Assembly (NCBI GenBank): GCA_046726415.1
Contig: JBKPAK010000096.1
Location: 1-64,000 of the forward strand
DNA: 64,000 nucleotides
Source: Candidatus Methylomirabilota bacterium
Lineage (GTDB): Bacteria > Methylomirabilota > Methylomirabilia > Rokubacteriales > CSP1-6
Direction of reading: 5' to 3'
A program made the translations under genes and the position numbers. The notes beneath the pieces were generated by a model that searched no databases, was not told the origin of the DNA, and saw only the letters and a program-made list of their open reading frames with translations. This document shows, in pieces, positions 27,726 to 37,984 of this stretch (positions are counted from its first letter, which is position 1; every line of letters begins with the position of its first letter).

Positions 27726-28868
27726 ATGAAGATCACTGCCGTCAGGACGTTCATCGTCGATCCCGGTTTGCACAAGCGTTGGCTCTTCGTCAAGGTCGAG
27801 ACTGACCAGGGTTTCCACGGCTGGGGCGAGTGCTATACGCAGCTCGACCGAGACCGCGCCATCGAGACGCACGTCCGGGAGCTGGGGCGCTACCTGACCG
27901 GTCGCAGCCCGTTCGCCATCAAGCACTTCACCTACGTGGCCTACACCGACTTCGCTACCAAGCGCGGGGCCATGGATCTCTACTGCGCCATCAGTGGCCT
28001 CGAGCAGGCGCTGTGGGACATCGCCGGGAAGGCCGCCGGCCAGCCGGTCTACAATCTTCTGGGTGGCGCCTTCCGCACCAAGGTCCGGGTGTACGCAAAC
28101 GGTTGGGCGAGCGGGCGAGATCCGGGTCTGGTCGCCGAACAGGCGCTGGCCGTTGTGAAGAAGGGCTTTACGGCCCTCAAGTTCGACCCATTTCCAGGCC
28201 CCTGGCGCGCCTATATCGACCGCCGCGATGAACAGCTCGCCGTGGAGCAGGTGAGAGCCGTGCGCGAGGCCGTAGGCCCCGACATAGACGTCCTGGTGGA
28301 AGTTCACCGTCGACTGGCGCCCATGAACGCGATTCGAGTGGCCAGGCTGCTGGAGCCGTACGCCCCCTTCTGGTACGAGGAGCCGGTGTCGGTACGGGAT
28401 CTGGGCGGGCTCCTGGAGGTGAAGCGCGCCATCAATTTGCCGGTGGTAACAGGTGAGGAAATTTACACCAAGACGGAGTTTCGGGAGGTCATCACTCGGC
28501 GCGCTGCCGACATCCTCAACCCGGATGTGTGCAGCTGCGGTGGAATCTTGGAACTGCGCGAGATCGCCGCCATGGCGGAATCCCACCACATCGCCGTGTC
28601 GCCACACAACTACAACAGCACGACACTGGGGCTGGCGGCCACCCTTCACGCCGCCGCGGGAGTGCCCAATTTCCTGATCACCGAGTACTTCGTGAACTTC
28701 GAAGAGCTGGGGCGCGAGATCGCGCGCCCGGCCTTCCAGGTCGATGACAGCGCGATCAGACTGCCCACGACCCCAGGGCTCGGCATCGATCTCGACGAGG
28801 AAGCGCTGGCACAGCATCCCTACCGCGAGCGCCCACCCCGACCCTTGCGCCGACCTGATGACGAGTGA
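27726..28868 (+). CDS. mandelate racemase/muconate lactonizing family acid-sugar dehydratase (DgoD-like)
   Basis: FVKVETDQG..GWGE, ALWDIAGK, KFD, EEP, TGE and SPHN motifs. Confidence 0.9.
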   Translation: MKITAVRTFIVDPGLHKRWLFVKVETDQGFHGWGECYTQLDRDRAIETHVRELGRYLTGRSPFAIKHFTYVAYTDFATKRGAMDLYCAISGLEQALWDIAGKAAGQPVYNLLGGAFRTKVRVYANGWASGRDPGLVAEQALAVVKKGFTALKFDPFPGPWRAYIDRRDEQLAVEQVRAVREAVGPDIDVLVEVHRRLAPMNAIRVARLLEPYAPFWYEEPVSVRDLGGLLEVKRAINLPVVTGEEIYTKTEFREVITRRAADILNPDVCSCGGILELREIAAMAESHHIAVSPHNYNSTTLGLAATLHAAAGVPNFLITEYFVNFEELGREIARPAFQVDDSAIRLPTTPGLGIDLDEEALAQHPYRERPPRPLRRPDDE

Positions 28869-28955
28869 AATGCCCTGCGAAAAGGGGAGCGCCACGATTC
28901 GCCGCGGCGCTCCGAGCGCCGGAGTAACGGGGCGCGGCCAGCGCCCGCGCGGTGC

Positions 28956-28988
28956 AGGGGCTTGGGCCTGCTGTCGAGGCCCCTATTT
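28956..28988. repeat. REP-like hairpin copy
   Basis: caggggcttgggcctgctgtcgaggcccctatt shares the GTCGAGGCCCC core with the copies at 34874 and 37349. Confidence 0.5.
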
Positions 28989-28989
28989 T

Positions 28990-30036
28990 CTAGGCGCCTG
29001 GGCCGCGCTCCATGGAATAGGGCTGCCAGCGCATGAGGCCCGATTTCTCCAACACCGAGGGATTCACGCAGGCCCTTGGCCATCGCCCACTCAACACCAG
29101 GGCGATCTCTTGACCGACGCGCCGGAGCCGCGCCGGGTCAAAGCGCGCGGAGGCGGAGGCCACGTGAGCCGTCAGGATGACGTTGTCCATGCGCAGCAGG
29201 GCATTGTCGGCCGCCGGCGGCTCCTGCTCTAGAACGTCCAGGCCCGCGCCGGCGATCCAGCCTTCCCTCAGGGCTCGGATGAGCGCCGCCTCGTCCACCG
29301 TCGGACCGCGACTGGTGTTGATGAAGAGGGCTTCCGGCTTCATCATCCGGAAGTGCTCGTCCGTCAGCAGATGATGGGCCTCCGTCGTCGCCGGAGCGTG
29401 CATGGAGACGATGTCGGAGCGGCGTAGCAAGTCGGGCAGCGCCACCGGCTCGACACCATACGGGCTCATCACCAGTTCCTCGACGTAGGGGTCGTAGGCC
29501 AGCATGTGCACGCCGAACGGCCGCGCCCTGAGGGCCACGGCGCGGGCGACGTGCCCGAAGGCAATGAACCCGAGGGTCTGGCCCATCAGCCGGGGATACT
29601 GCAAGAGCATGGGCCGCCCCTCGCGCCAGCGACCATCCCTGACCAACCGATCCTGGACGACCAGCCGGCGGAAGGTGGCCAGGATCAGCATCATGGCGTG
29701 GTCGGCCACTTCCTCGATGAACGTATCTGGGACATTGGTGACGGGAATTCCTCGCGCGGTGGCGGCCGCCACGTCGACGGAATCGACGCCCACGCTGCCC
29801 AGAGAGATGACCTTGCAGCGCTCGAGCCCGTCGATGATGCGCTTGGTGATGCGGCGCCCCTTGGCGTAGAGGGCGTCGGCGTCGCGGCTGGCGCGGCCGA
29901 AATCCTCCTCCGAAGCGGCGTCGATCTCGACGATCTCCGCTCCGATGGACCCCAGGGCCTCCATCTCGAGCTTGTAGCCCGCGCCTGGCACGCTGAAGCT
30001 GGCCCCGACCGGCGTGACGACCTTGAACTTTGCCAC
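28990..30036 (-). CDS. D-isomer-specific 2-hydroxyacid dehydrogenase (CtBP-like)
   Basis: GVDSVD, NVPD...EVADH, INTSRG, GLDVLEQEP and TAHVA motifs; GTG preceded by GGAGGT. Confidence 0.9.
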   Translation of the reverse strand: MAKFKVVTPVGASFSVPGAGYKLEMEALGSIGAEIVEIDAASEEDFGRASRDADALYAKGRRITKRIIDGLERCKVISLGSVGVDSVDVAAATARGIPVTNVPDTFIEEVADHAMMLILATFRRLVVQDRLVRDGRWREGRPMLLQYPRLMGQTLGFIAFGHVARAVALRARPFGVHMLAYDPYVEELVMSPYGVEPVALPDLLRRSDIVSMHAPATTEAHHLLTDEHFRMMKPEALFINTSRGPTVDEAALIRALREGWIAGAGLDVLEQEPPAADNALLRMDNVILTAHVASASARFDPARLRRVGQEIALVLSGRWPRACVNPSVLEKSGLMRWQPYSMERGPGA

Positions 30037-30178
30037 GTTCCACCTCCTTGGGCTTGACCCTGCCCGCATACGGTACTACGTCCGCGGCGCTTCGAGCGCC
30101 GGAACGGGATGTGAAGCGGATCCATGGGCCAGGGCGCCCGTGTGGCCGACACGTATCTCCAACAAGGCCGTGGGATGG

Positions 30179-30207
30179 TTGACAAAACGAACGCGAGTTT
30201 CTACTGT
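30179..30207 (+). promoter_or_regulatory. promoter TTGACA-N17-TACTGT of the ABC operon, with AAAC-N8-GTTT in the spacer
   Basis: ttgacaaaacgaacgcgagtttctactgt. Confidence 0.6.
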
Positions 30208-30253
30208 GCGCCCACGATCCCGCGAGGCCACCCTCACTGCGGAGGGAAACACG

Positions 30254-31453
30254 ATGATTCTCCCGTCGACGATGCGGTACCTCGCTGGCCTCCTCGCGCT
30301 CACCCTCGTCGGCGACACCATGGCCGCCCCCTCGGGCAAGCCCATCCGGATCGGCAGCACGTTGGCTCTGACCGGCCCGCTCGCCCAGACGGCTCTTCTG
30401 CACAAGATCGCGGGGGAGATCTACGTCGAGGAGCTCAATCGCGGCCAGGGCCTGCTCGGCCGCCCCGTGGAATGGATCATCCTCGATGACCAGTCGAAGC
30501 CGGACCTCGCGCGGAGCCTCTACGAGAAGCTCATCACCGTCGACAAGGTTGACCTGGTCATGGGACCCTACGCCACCAGCGCAATCCTGGCCGCCATCGG
30601 CGTCGCCCAGCGCTACCAGAAGATCCTGATCCACAACTCGTTCGGGATGCCGCATCTGGCGAAGTACGACATGCACATCCCCGTGAATCCCTTCGGACCC
30701 GAGCCGAACAAGACGATTCCCGCGACGGTCTTCGACGCGCTGGCCGCCACGGCCAGCCCCCCCAAGACGGTCGCCGTTGTCACCAGCAAGTTTCCCTCGG
30801 CCCAGTTCATCTCGGCCGGGGCGCGGGACGTGGCCATCCAGCGCGGGCTCAAGGTTGTGCTATTCCTCGAGTACGAGTTCGGGACTCGCGACTACGGCCC
30901 CATCGCCGCCCGCGTGAAGGACGCTAACCCCGACTTCCTGTGGGTGGGCTCGCTCGGTCTCGACAGCAACCAACTGCTCGAGGCCATGAGGAAGCTCGAC
31001 TACATGCCGCCGCGGCATCTGCACCTGTTCCCGGCGCCCGGACCGCTGGCGACCGCGCCCGACGGCAAGCTGGCGATCTCGACGACGGACTTCGAGGAGC
31101 ACCCGCCGTTCACCGGCAATCCGGGGGCGGCGCGCCTGATACCACTTTTCCACGAGCGCGCCACCAAGGCCGGGGTGCCGTACATCCGGGTCGATGGACA
31201 GGCGGCGAACGAGTTCGCGGCCTGGCAAGTGCTGGAGGCGGCGGTGACCGCCACCAAGAGCCTCGACGACAAGGCGCTGACCGAATGGCTGCGGAAGAAT
31301 CGGGTCGACACGATCATCGGCCGGCTCCGGTTCGATGGTCCGAACAACTTCGGCGATGACCTCACCAAGGTGAAGCAGGTGCAGGAGAGCAAGTGGGTCG
31401 TGGTGTGGCCGAAGGAGTACGCGGCGCCGGGCATGCGGTTGCTGCCCCCCTGA
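30254..31453 (+). CDS. Liv-type ABC transporter substrate-binding protein
   Basis: Signal peptide; IRIGSTLALTGP, GLLGRPVE...DDQS and KVDLVMGPY motifs. Confidence 0.9.
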   Translation: MILPSTMRYLAGLLALTLVGDTMAAPSGKPIRIGSTLALTGPLAQTALLHKIAGEIYVEELNRGQGLLGRPVEWIILDDQSKPDLARSLYEKLITVDKVDLVMGPYATSAILAAIGVAQRYQKILIHNSFGMPHLAKYDMHIPVNPFGPEPNKTIPATVFDALAATASPPKTVAVVTSKFPSAQFISAGARDVAIQRGLKVVLFLEYEFGTRDYGPIAARVKDANPDFLWVGSLGLDSNQLLEAMRKLDYMPPRHLHLFPAPGPLATAPDGKLAISTTDFEEHPPFTGNPGAARLIPLFHERATKAGVPYIRVDGQAANEFAAWQVLEAAVTATKSLDDKALTEWLRKNRVDTIIGRLRFDGPNNFGDDLTKVKQVQESKWVVVWPKEYAAPGMRLLPP

Positions 31454-31469
31454 TCCCCAGGGCTGAGCC

Positions 31470-32321
31470 GTGCCGAGCCTGACCCTCCTCGGGCAGTCGG
31501 TGATCTCGGGCCTTCTGACGGGAGGCCTTTATGGCCTCCTCGCCCTCGGCCTGAGCCTGAGCTGGGGTCTGTTGCGCCTGGTCAACCTCGGCCACTTCGC
31601 GCTCGCCTTCCTTGGGGCCTACCTGACATACCAGTTCGGCACCGCATGGCACCTCGATGCGTGGCTATCGGTGCTCATGATCGTGCCCCTCTTCTTTGGC
31701 CTCGGGGTGGGGCTCCATCTCGTCTTCGTGCGCTTCGGGGTGACGGAGTTCACCTCGCTGCTCGTCACCTTCGGCGTCACCGTCATCCTGGAATCGATCA
31801 TCCAGTGGATCTGGACGGCCGACTTCAGGCGTTACGAGACCGCGTACGGGACCGCGTCGACACGCATCGGGCCCCTGTTCATTCCCACTCTCGAGCTTCT
31901 GGCGTGCCTGACGGCCGCGGCGTTGGCCCTGGCCACGTGGACCTGGCTGCGGTTCACATACGTGGGAAAGGCTTTGCGGGCTGCCGCCGAGGACCCGGCG
32001 ATCGCGGCGGCCTTCGGGGTCAACCATCGCGCCCAAGCCCTCCTTCTGTCTGGGGTGAGTGCGGCGTATGCCGGCGTGGCCGGTAGCTACATCGCGCTGA
32101 TCTCCACGCTTGCCCCCTCGCAGATCTGGGCCTGGCTCGGGGTGGTGTTCGCGGTGGTGATTATCGGTCGCCTCGGCAATCCGGTGGGCGCGCTCCTAGC
32201 CGGGCTTCTCATCGGGGTGAGCGAGTCGGTCACCATGGCGGTCGTCACCCCGGCCTGGGCGCCGCTCGTCTCCTTCTCGGTCCTCATCGGGCTCCTGGTG
32301 CTGCGCCCCGGGCGGGTGTGA
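31470..32321 (+). CDS. livH: Liv-type ABC permease (LivH-like)
   Basis: GGLYGLLALGLSL.WG...VNLGH and GKALRA...GVN motifs. Confidence 0.85.
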   Translation: MPSLTLLGQSVISGLLTGGLYGLLALGLSLSWGLLRLVNLGHFALAFLGAYLTYQFGTAWHLDAWLSVLMIVPLFFGLGVGLHLVFVRFGVTEFTSLLVTFGVTVILESIIQWIWTADFRRYETAYGTASTRIGPLFIPTLELLACLTAAALALATWTWLRFTYVGKALRAAAEDPAIAAAFGVNHRAQALLLSGVSAAYAGVAGSYIALISTLAPSQIWAWLGVVFAVVIIGRLGNPVGALLAGLLIGVSESVTMAVVTPAWAPLVSFSVLIGLLVLRPGRV

Positions 32322-34099
32322 GCCGCGAACAGCGTCGGGTGGCCGCCGCCCTGTTGGCGGCGGGCATCGCGCTCGCCCTGCTCCCCGCCGTGGGGCTGCC
32401 GGCCTTCTACGAGTCGTTCCTGTACCTCGTCTTCCACTGGATCGCGCTGGCCACGAGCTGGAGCATCCTGAGCGGCTACGCGGGATATTTCAGCTTCGCC
32501 CACGGCGCTTTTTTCGGAGCCGGGATGTACACGACGGCGACCCTCGCGGCGAGCTACGGGGTGCCGTTTCTCTGGACGTTGCCGGTAGCCGCGGCGGTGG
32601 CCGCGCTGCTGGCCGCGGGCATCGGTGCCGTCGTGTTCCGGGTGAAGCGGCTGCGCGGCGAGCTGTTCGGCCTGTTGACGCTCGCCGTGGGGTTTGTCCT
32701 GGCCACCGTCGTCCTCAACACGCGGATCGACGGCGGGCCGGGGGTGTACTTGATCAGCGTGGCCATACCCAAGCTGGTCGGATCGCCCACGGGGACGTTC
32801 TACCTTCTTGGTCTGGCGCTGGCGATCGGGGCTCTGGCCACCGCGTACGTCATTACGCGCGCCCGGCTCGGACTGGGGCTCTTCGCCATCCACGACGACG
32901 AGGACGTCGCCGAGGTCAAGGGGGTACCGACGTTTCGCTACAAGCTGCTGGCCTTCGTGATCTCTGCCGGTATCGCCGGTGCGGCGGGTGGGATTCAGGC
33001 GGTGTACGTTGGATACGTCACGGTCGGCGAGACGTTCTCGATCACCGTCCCCCTCTACGTGGTGCTCATGAGCATCCTTGGCGGAGCACGGCATTGGCTG
33101 GGCCCCGCCGTCGGCGCGGCGATCATCACCGCATCGCTCTATGCGTTCACCGCCGGCGAGTCGGCCGTCCTCGGGCGCGCGGTCGTCGCCTTCGCCTTGA
33201 TCCTCGTCATCCTCCTCCTGCCCGATGGAGTGGTGCCGGCGCTCCTCCGGCGATGGCGCAGGTGGGCGCCGCCGGCCGTGGAAGCCGTGGGGGCGACGGT
33301 TGCCCCGTCCCCGACCGTCGCACTTTCTGGGGGTGATGGCCCCACCCTCCCCGCCGATAGATCAGCCCCCTCGCACGTGCTCGAGTGCCGGGACGTATGG
33401 AAGGCTTTCGGCGGGATCCAGGCACTCCGTGGCGTGAGCCTCTCCGTCGCCGAGGGCGAGATCGTCGGCTTGGTCGGCCCCAACGGCTCGGGCAAGACCA
33501 CGCTGATCAACATCATCAGCGGACACGATCGGGCTGATCGCGGCCGGATCGCGCTCGGCGACGCGGTGCTGTCCACGCGTCCCGCGCACCAAATCGCTGG
33601 GCTCGGGGTCGCCCGCACCTACCAGATTCCGCGCCCCTTCGGGCACTTGACTGCGGCCGAGAACGTGGCTCTGGCCGCCACGTTCGGAGCGGGGCGATGT
33701 TCGGCCCGTGAGGCGCGGGCGGAGGCACGTGACTGGCTCGAGTTCACTGGCCTCGGCCGGCGCGCGCCCGCGCGGCCCGACGAGCTGAACCTCCACGAGC
33801 GGAAGTTTCTGGAGCTGGCCCGAGCGCTAGCCGCCCGACCCCGCCTGATCCTGCTCGATGAGGTGTTGTCGGGTCTCAACCCGGGCGAGATCGCCAGCGC
33901 GATCGCGCTGATCCGGGGGATCAGCAAGCGTGGGGCGACCATCCTCTTCGTGGAGCACGTGATCCGGGCGGTGCTCGAGCTGTCCGACCGGGTCGTGGTG
34001 TTGAACGAGGGTGAGGTGATCGCGAGCGGCACGCCGCACGAGGCCATGCGCGACCCGCACGTGATCCGGGTGTACCTCGGGACATCGCATGCTGCTTGA
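32318..34099 (+). CDS. fused Liv-type permease (LivM) and ATPase (LivG)
   Basis: N-terminal SGYAGYFSFAH TM domain; C-terminal GPNGSGKT and LLDE. Confidence 0.88.
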   Translation: MSREQRRVAAALLAAGIALALLPAVGLPAFYESFLYLVFHWIALATSWSILSGYAGYFSFAHGAFFGAGMYTTATLAASYGVPFLWTLPVAAAVAALLAAGIGAVVFRVKRLRGELFGLLTLAVGFVLATVVLNTRIDGGPGVYLISVAIPKLVGSPTGTFYLLGLALAIGALATAYVITRARLGLGLFAIHDDEDVAEVKGVPTFRYKLLAFVISAGIAGAAGGIQAVYVGYVTVGETFSITVPLYVVLMSILGGARHWLGPAVGAAIITASLYAFTAGESAVLGRAVVAFALILVILLLPDGVVPALLRRWRRWAPPAVEAVGATVAPSPTVALSGGDGPTLPADRSAPSHVLECRDVWKAFGGIQALRGVSLSVAEGEIVGLVGPNGSGKTTLINIISGHDRADRGRIALGDAVLSTRPAHQIAGLGVARTYQIPRPFGHLTAAENVALAATFGAGRCSAREARAEARDWLEFTGLGRRAPARPDELNLHERKFLELARALAARPRLILLDEVLSGLNPGEIASAIALIRGISKRGATILFVEHVIRAVLELSDRVVVLNEGEVIASGTPHEAMRDPHVIRVYLGTSHAA

Positions 34100-34811
34100 G
34101 GCGCGGCACCTCGCCATCGCCTATGGCGATGCCCCAGCCGTCTGGGACGCCTCGCTCGAGGTCGACGACGGCGAGGTGGTGTCGGTCATCGGCCCCAACG
34201 GGGCCGGCAAGAGCACGCTGATCAACACGGTCGCCGGCCTGCTCCGCCGCCGCTCCGGGGAGTTGCGCTTCGCCGGCGTCGATCTGGGAACAGTGCCTGC
34301 CCATCTCGTGTGCCGGCGGGGGATCGCCCTGGTGCCCGAAGGTCGGCGGCTGTTCAGCCGCATGTCGGTCGAAGAAAACCTCGACATGGGCTGCTATCGC
34401 GGGGCGGCCCGTGCCGCTCGGGCCGAGACCATCGACCGCGTGTACGGTCTCTTTCCCATCCTGCGCGAGCGGCGGCGCCAGATCGCCGGCTCGCTGTCCG
34501 GTGGCCAGCAGCAGATGGTGGCGATCGGACGTGCCCTCATGGCGCGGCCGCGTCTGCTCCTGCTGGACGAGCCGTCGCTCGGGCTGGCCCCCGCGGTGAC
34601 CGATCAGATGTTCGATACCATCCGCTCGATCCACCGCGAAGGCGTGGCCATCCTGCTCGTCGAGCAGAACGTCGCCAAGGCCCTCGAGATCGCCGACCAC
34701 GCCTACGTCCTCGAGGAGGGTCGCACCATCGCCGCGGGCCCTCCGTCAGTCCTCCTGGAGCAGTCGCACATCCAGGAGGCCTATCTTGGCCTGCGCGAAA
34801 CGCCGTGTTGA
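34089..34811 (+). CDS. livF: Liv-type ABC ATP-binding protein
   Basis: [25 protein letters not shown] and [10 protein letters not shown] motifs. Confidence 0.9.
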   Translation: MLLEARHLAIAYGDAPAVWDASLEVDDGEVVSVIGPNGAGKSTLINTVAGLLRRRSGELRFAGVDLGTVPAHLVCRRGIALVPEGRRLFSRMSVEENLDMGCYRGAARAARAETIDRVYGLFPILRERRRQIAGSLSGGQQQMVAIGRALMARPRLLLLDEPSLGLAPAVTDQMFDTIRSIHREGVAILLVEQNVAKALEIADHAYVLEEGRTIAAGPPSVLLEQSHIQEAYLGLRETPC

Positions 34812-34873
34812 GGTAGTGTGAGCCGCAGAACGACGCGGGGTCGGGCGGGGAGCGCGTCGGGGCAGACGCCGTT

Positions 34874-34946
34874 CGAGCGCCGGCTTTGCCGGCGCCATCG
34901 TTGTTCTGGGGGATGCTCGAAGGGGGCCGTCGAGGCCCCCTTCGAT
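34874..34946. repeat. REP-like double-hairpin element (best-preserved copy)
   Basis: GCGCCGGC-TTT-GCCGGCGC plus TCGAAGGGGGCC-GTCGA-GGCCCCCTTCGA; homologous to 53598-53667. Confidence 0.75.
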
Positions 34947-34968
34947 TGAAGGCGGGAGGAACGCGTTC

Positions 34969-37296
34969 ATGGGGCAGTTCGGGATTGGACAGGCCATATC
35001 GCGCTTCGAGGATCCCCGTCTGCTCCGGGGGGGCGGCCGGTACATCGACGACGTGAACCTCCCCGGACAGGCTCACGCCGTCGTCGTGCGATCGATGCAC
35101 GCTCACGCGAACATCCGGTCCGTCAATGCCGCAGCGGCCCTGTGCGCTCCGGGCGTCATCGCGGTCTTCACCGGGGCCGACGTTGCCCGCGACGGTCTGG
35201 GCACGATGCAGATGACGCTCAATCGAAAGCGTCCGGATGGCTCACCGATGTTCGCGCGGCCCCACCGCGGCCTGACCGCGGAGCGCGCGCGCTACGTGGG
35301 CGATCCCCTCGCCCTGGTCGTGGCGGAGACGGTCGCTCAGGCCCAAGATGCCGCGGAGCAGGTCGACATCGACTACGAGCCCCTGCCGTCGGTGACCTCG
35401 ACGGCGGAGGCCCTGGGCGGCGCCCCCGTCTGGGACGAGTGTCCCGACAACATCTCCAACATCTTCGAGGCCGGCGACAAGACGGCCGCGGAGGCCGCCT
35501 TTGCCCGCGCCGATCGCGTGGTGCGGCGCCGCTATGTCATCAGCCGGGTGCATGCGCAGTACATGGAACCCCGCGGCGCCCTTGGCGTCTACGATCCCGG
35601 GGAGGATCGCTACACGCTCTACGCGGACGTTCAGTATCCTCACCGCGTCCGGAACGCGCTGGCCACGAACATCTTCAAGATTGCCGAACACCAGATCCGG
35701 GTGATCGCCGGTGATGTCGGGGGCGGCTTCGGGACCAAGGGCTGGCAGTACCCCGAGCATCGGCTCGTGCTCTGGGCGGCCCGGAAGCTCGGGCGGCCCG
35801 TGAAGTGGAGTTGCGAGCGCCGCGATGCGATCCCCGCCGACGAGCACGCCCGCGACAACGTGAGCGAGGCGGAGTTGGCCCTCGATGCCGAGGGCCGCTT
35901 CCTCGGCCTTCGCGTGCGGACCCTCGCCAATGTCGGCGCCTACGTGTCGTCGGATCGGAATCTTCTGGCCACCTTCAGCAACGTGTTCACCCTGGTCGGG
36001 GTCTATGCAATCCCGGCCGCCCACGTGCACGTGACGAGTGTCCTGACCAACACTAACTCCACCGCCCCCTACCGCGGGGCGGGCCGGCCCGAGGCCACGT
36101 ACGTCATCGAACGGCTCATCGACGATGCCGCCCTCGAACTTGGCCGCGATCGCCTGGAGCTGCGACAGAAGAACGTGATCCCGTCCTCGGCCATGCCATA
36201 CCGGACGCCACTCGGCATGACGTACGACTGCGGGGACTTCGCGAAGAATATGGAGGACGCGCTGAAGCTCGCCGACGTGGCGAGCTTTGCCGCCCGGCGG
36301 GAAGATGCCAAAGCGCGCGGCCGGCTGCGCGGCCTGGGCATTGTCAACCCCATCGAGCGAGCCGCCTCGCCCGGACCGGAGTTCGCGGAAATTCGCTTTG
36401 CCCCGAGTGGGAGCGCAACCCTGTTCATGGGCACGAAGAATCAGGGTCAGGGGCATGAAACGACGTTCAAGCAGATCCTCCACGAGCGGCTCGGCCTCGA
36501 TCCTCGCGAGGTCCGCTACATCGACGGGGACACCGAGCGTGTCGGCTTCGGGATGGGCAGCATGGGCTCCCGCTCGACGGTCATTGGCGGAACCGCCGTC
36601 TGCGTCGCGGCCGACAAAGTGATCGCCAAGGGAAAGAAGATCGCAGCCAAGCTGATGGAGGCCGCGGAGGGGGACATCGTTTTTTCCGACGGTCGCTTCA
36701 CGGTGGCCGGAACCGATCGGGCAGTCGCCCTCAAGGAGGTGGCGCGCGCGGCCTTCCAACCCGGTCAGCTCCCGCCGGGGGTCGAGCCGGGCTTCTACGA
36801 GACCGGCACGTTCGCCCCGAAGCAGGACACGTGGCCCAACGGATGCCACGTCTGCGAGGTGGAGATCGACCCCGACACTGGGACGGTGGCGCTGGTTAAC
36901 TACGTGGTCGTCGACGACGTGGGGACCGTCATCAACCCGCTGACCTTGAAAGGCCAGATCCATGGAGGCGTCGCGCAGGGAGTGGGCCAGGCCCTCATGG
37001 AGCAGGTGGTGTACGAGCGGGAATCGGGCCAGCTCCTGACCGCATCCTTCATGGATTATGCGATGCCCCGCGCCGACAACCTGCCCGACATGGTGATCGC
37101 CAGCAATCCTGTTCCTACCAAGCTCAATCCGCTCGGCGCCAAGGGAGCCGGCGAGGCGGGGACAGTGGGGGCGCTACCGGTCGTGATCAACGCGGTAGTC
37201 GACGCGCTGGCACCGTTCGGCGTGCGGGACTTCGACATGCCGGCGACGAGTGAGCGCGTGTGGCAGGCGATCCAGGCCGCGCGCGCCACGAAATAG
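34969..37296 (+). CDS. xanthine dehydrogenase family molybdopterin-binding subunit (CoxL-like, not form I CODH)
   Basis: EDPRLLRG, MEPR, DVGGGFG, PYRGAGRPE, GQGHET, GQIHGG and KGAGEAG motifs. Confidence 0.92.
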   Translation: MGQFGIGQAISRFEDPRLLRGGGRYIDDVNLPGQAHAVVVRSMHAHANIRSVNAAAALCAPGVIAVFTGADVARDGLGTMQMTLNRKRPDGSPMFARPHRGLTAERARYVGDPLALVVAETVAQAQDAAEQVDIDYEPLPSVTSTAEALGGAPVWDECPDNISNIFEAGDKTAAEAAFARADRVVRRRYVISRVHAQYMEPRGALGVYDPGEDRYTLYADVQYPHRVRNALATNIFKIAEHQIRVIAGDVGGGFGTKGWQYPEHRLVLWAARKLGRPVKWSCERRDAIPADEHARDNVSEAELALDAEGRFLGLRVRTLANVGAYVSSDRNLLATFSNVFTLVGVYAIPAAHVHVTSVLTNTNSTAPYRGAGRPEATYVIERLIDDAALELGRDRLELRQKNVIPSSAMPYRTPLGMTYDCGDFAKNMEDALKLADVASFAARREDAKARGRLRGLGIVNPIERAASPGPEFAEIRFAPSGSATLFMGTKNQGQGHETTFKQILHERLGLDPREVRYIDGDTERVGFGMGSMGSRSTVIGGTAVCVAADKVIAKGKKIAAKLMEAAEGDIVFSDGRFTVAGTDRAVALKEVARAAFQPGQLPPGVEPGFYETGTFAPKQDTWPNGCHVCEVEIDPDTGTVALVNYVVVDDVGTVINPLTLKGQIHGGVAQGVGQALMEQVVYERESGQLLTASFMDYAMPRADNLPDMVIASNPVPTKLNPLGAKGAGEAGTVGALPVVINAVVDALAPFGVRDFDMPATSERVWQAIQAARATK

Positions 37297-37348
37297 GCGA
37301 ACGTCGGACAATCGAGGGACGTCACGGCGTCGCCGGGCGGCCTCAGCG

Positions 37349-37380
37349 ATGGGAGGCCCTGTCGAGGCCCCCTTCTCGAT
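37349..37380. repeat. REP-like hairpin copy
   Basis: atgggaggccctgtcgaggcccccttctcgat. Confidence 0.55.
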
Positions 37381-37390
37381 AGGAGAACCT

Positions 37391-37984
37391 GTGCGGAAGA
37401 CGCTCGACGACGCGGGACTCGACCTGCTTTTCCGGAAGGCGCGGACGCAGAACGGCTGGCTCGACACGCCGGTGACGGATGAGCAGCTCGAGGCGATCTA
37501 CGAGATCATGCGGCTCGGGCCGACGAGCGCGAACTCGTGTCCGGCCCGGATCGTCTTTCTGAGAACGCCAGAGGCGAAGGCGCGGCTGCTGCCAGCCCTG
37601 AGCCCGGGCAACGTCGACAAGACCAAGGCGGCGTCGGTCACCGCCCTCATCGGGTACGACCTGCGCTTCTACGAGCGGCTGCCGAAGCTCTTCCCCCACC
37701 GGCCGGAGATGAAGGACCCATTCGCCGCGAACCCGCGACTGGCCGAGACGACGGCGTTCCGCAACGGCACCCTTCAGGGGGCGTACTTCATGATCGCGGC
37801 CCGTGCGGTCGGCCTCGACGTGGGAGGCATGTCGGGCTTCGACAACGGCAAGGTCGACGCTGAGTTTTTCCCCGACGGACGCGTCAAGTCGAACTTCCTC
37901 TGTAACGTCGGCCAGGGCGATCCCTCGAAGATCCTTCCGCGCCTGCCCCGCCTCGAGTTCGACGAGGCGTGCACCCTGCTGTGA
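37391..37984 (+). CDS. nitroreductase family, malonic semialdehyde reductase (RutE-like)
   Basis: LFRKART, GPTSANSCPAR, RNGTLQGAY, GMSGFD and PRLEFDEAC motifs; AGGAG before GTG 37391. Confidence 0.88.
   Translation: MRKTLDDAGLDLLFRKARTQNGWLDTPVTDEQLEAIYEIMRLGPTSANSCPARIVFLRTPEAKARLLPALSPGNVDKTKAASVTALIGYDLRFYERLPKLFPHRPEMKDPFAANPRLAETTAFRNGTLQGAYFMIAARAVGLDVGGMSGFDNGKVDAEFFPDGRVKSNFLCNVGQGDPSKILPRLPRLEFDEACTLL

Noticed and set aside
34969-37296. Aerobic carbon monoxide dehydrogenase CoxL
   Set aside because: The active-site loop is PYRGAGR rather than form I AYxCSFR, and there are no coxS, coxM or accessory genes
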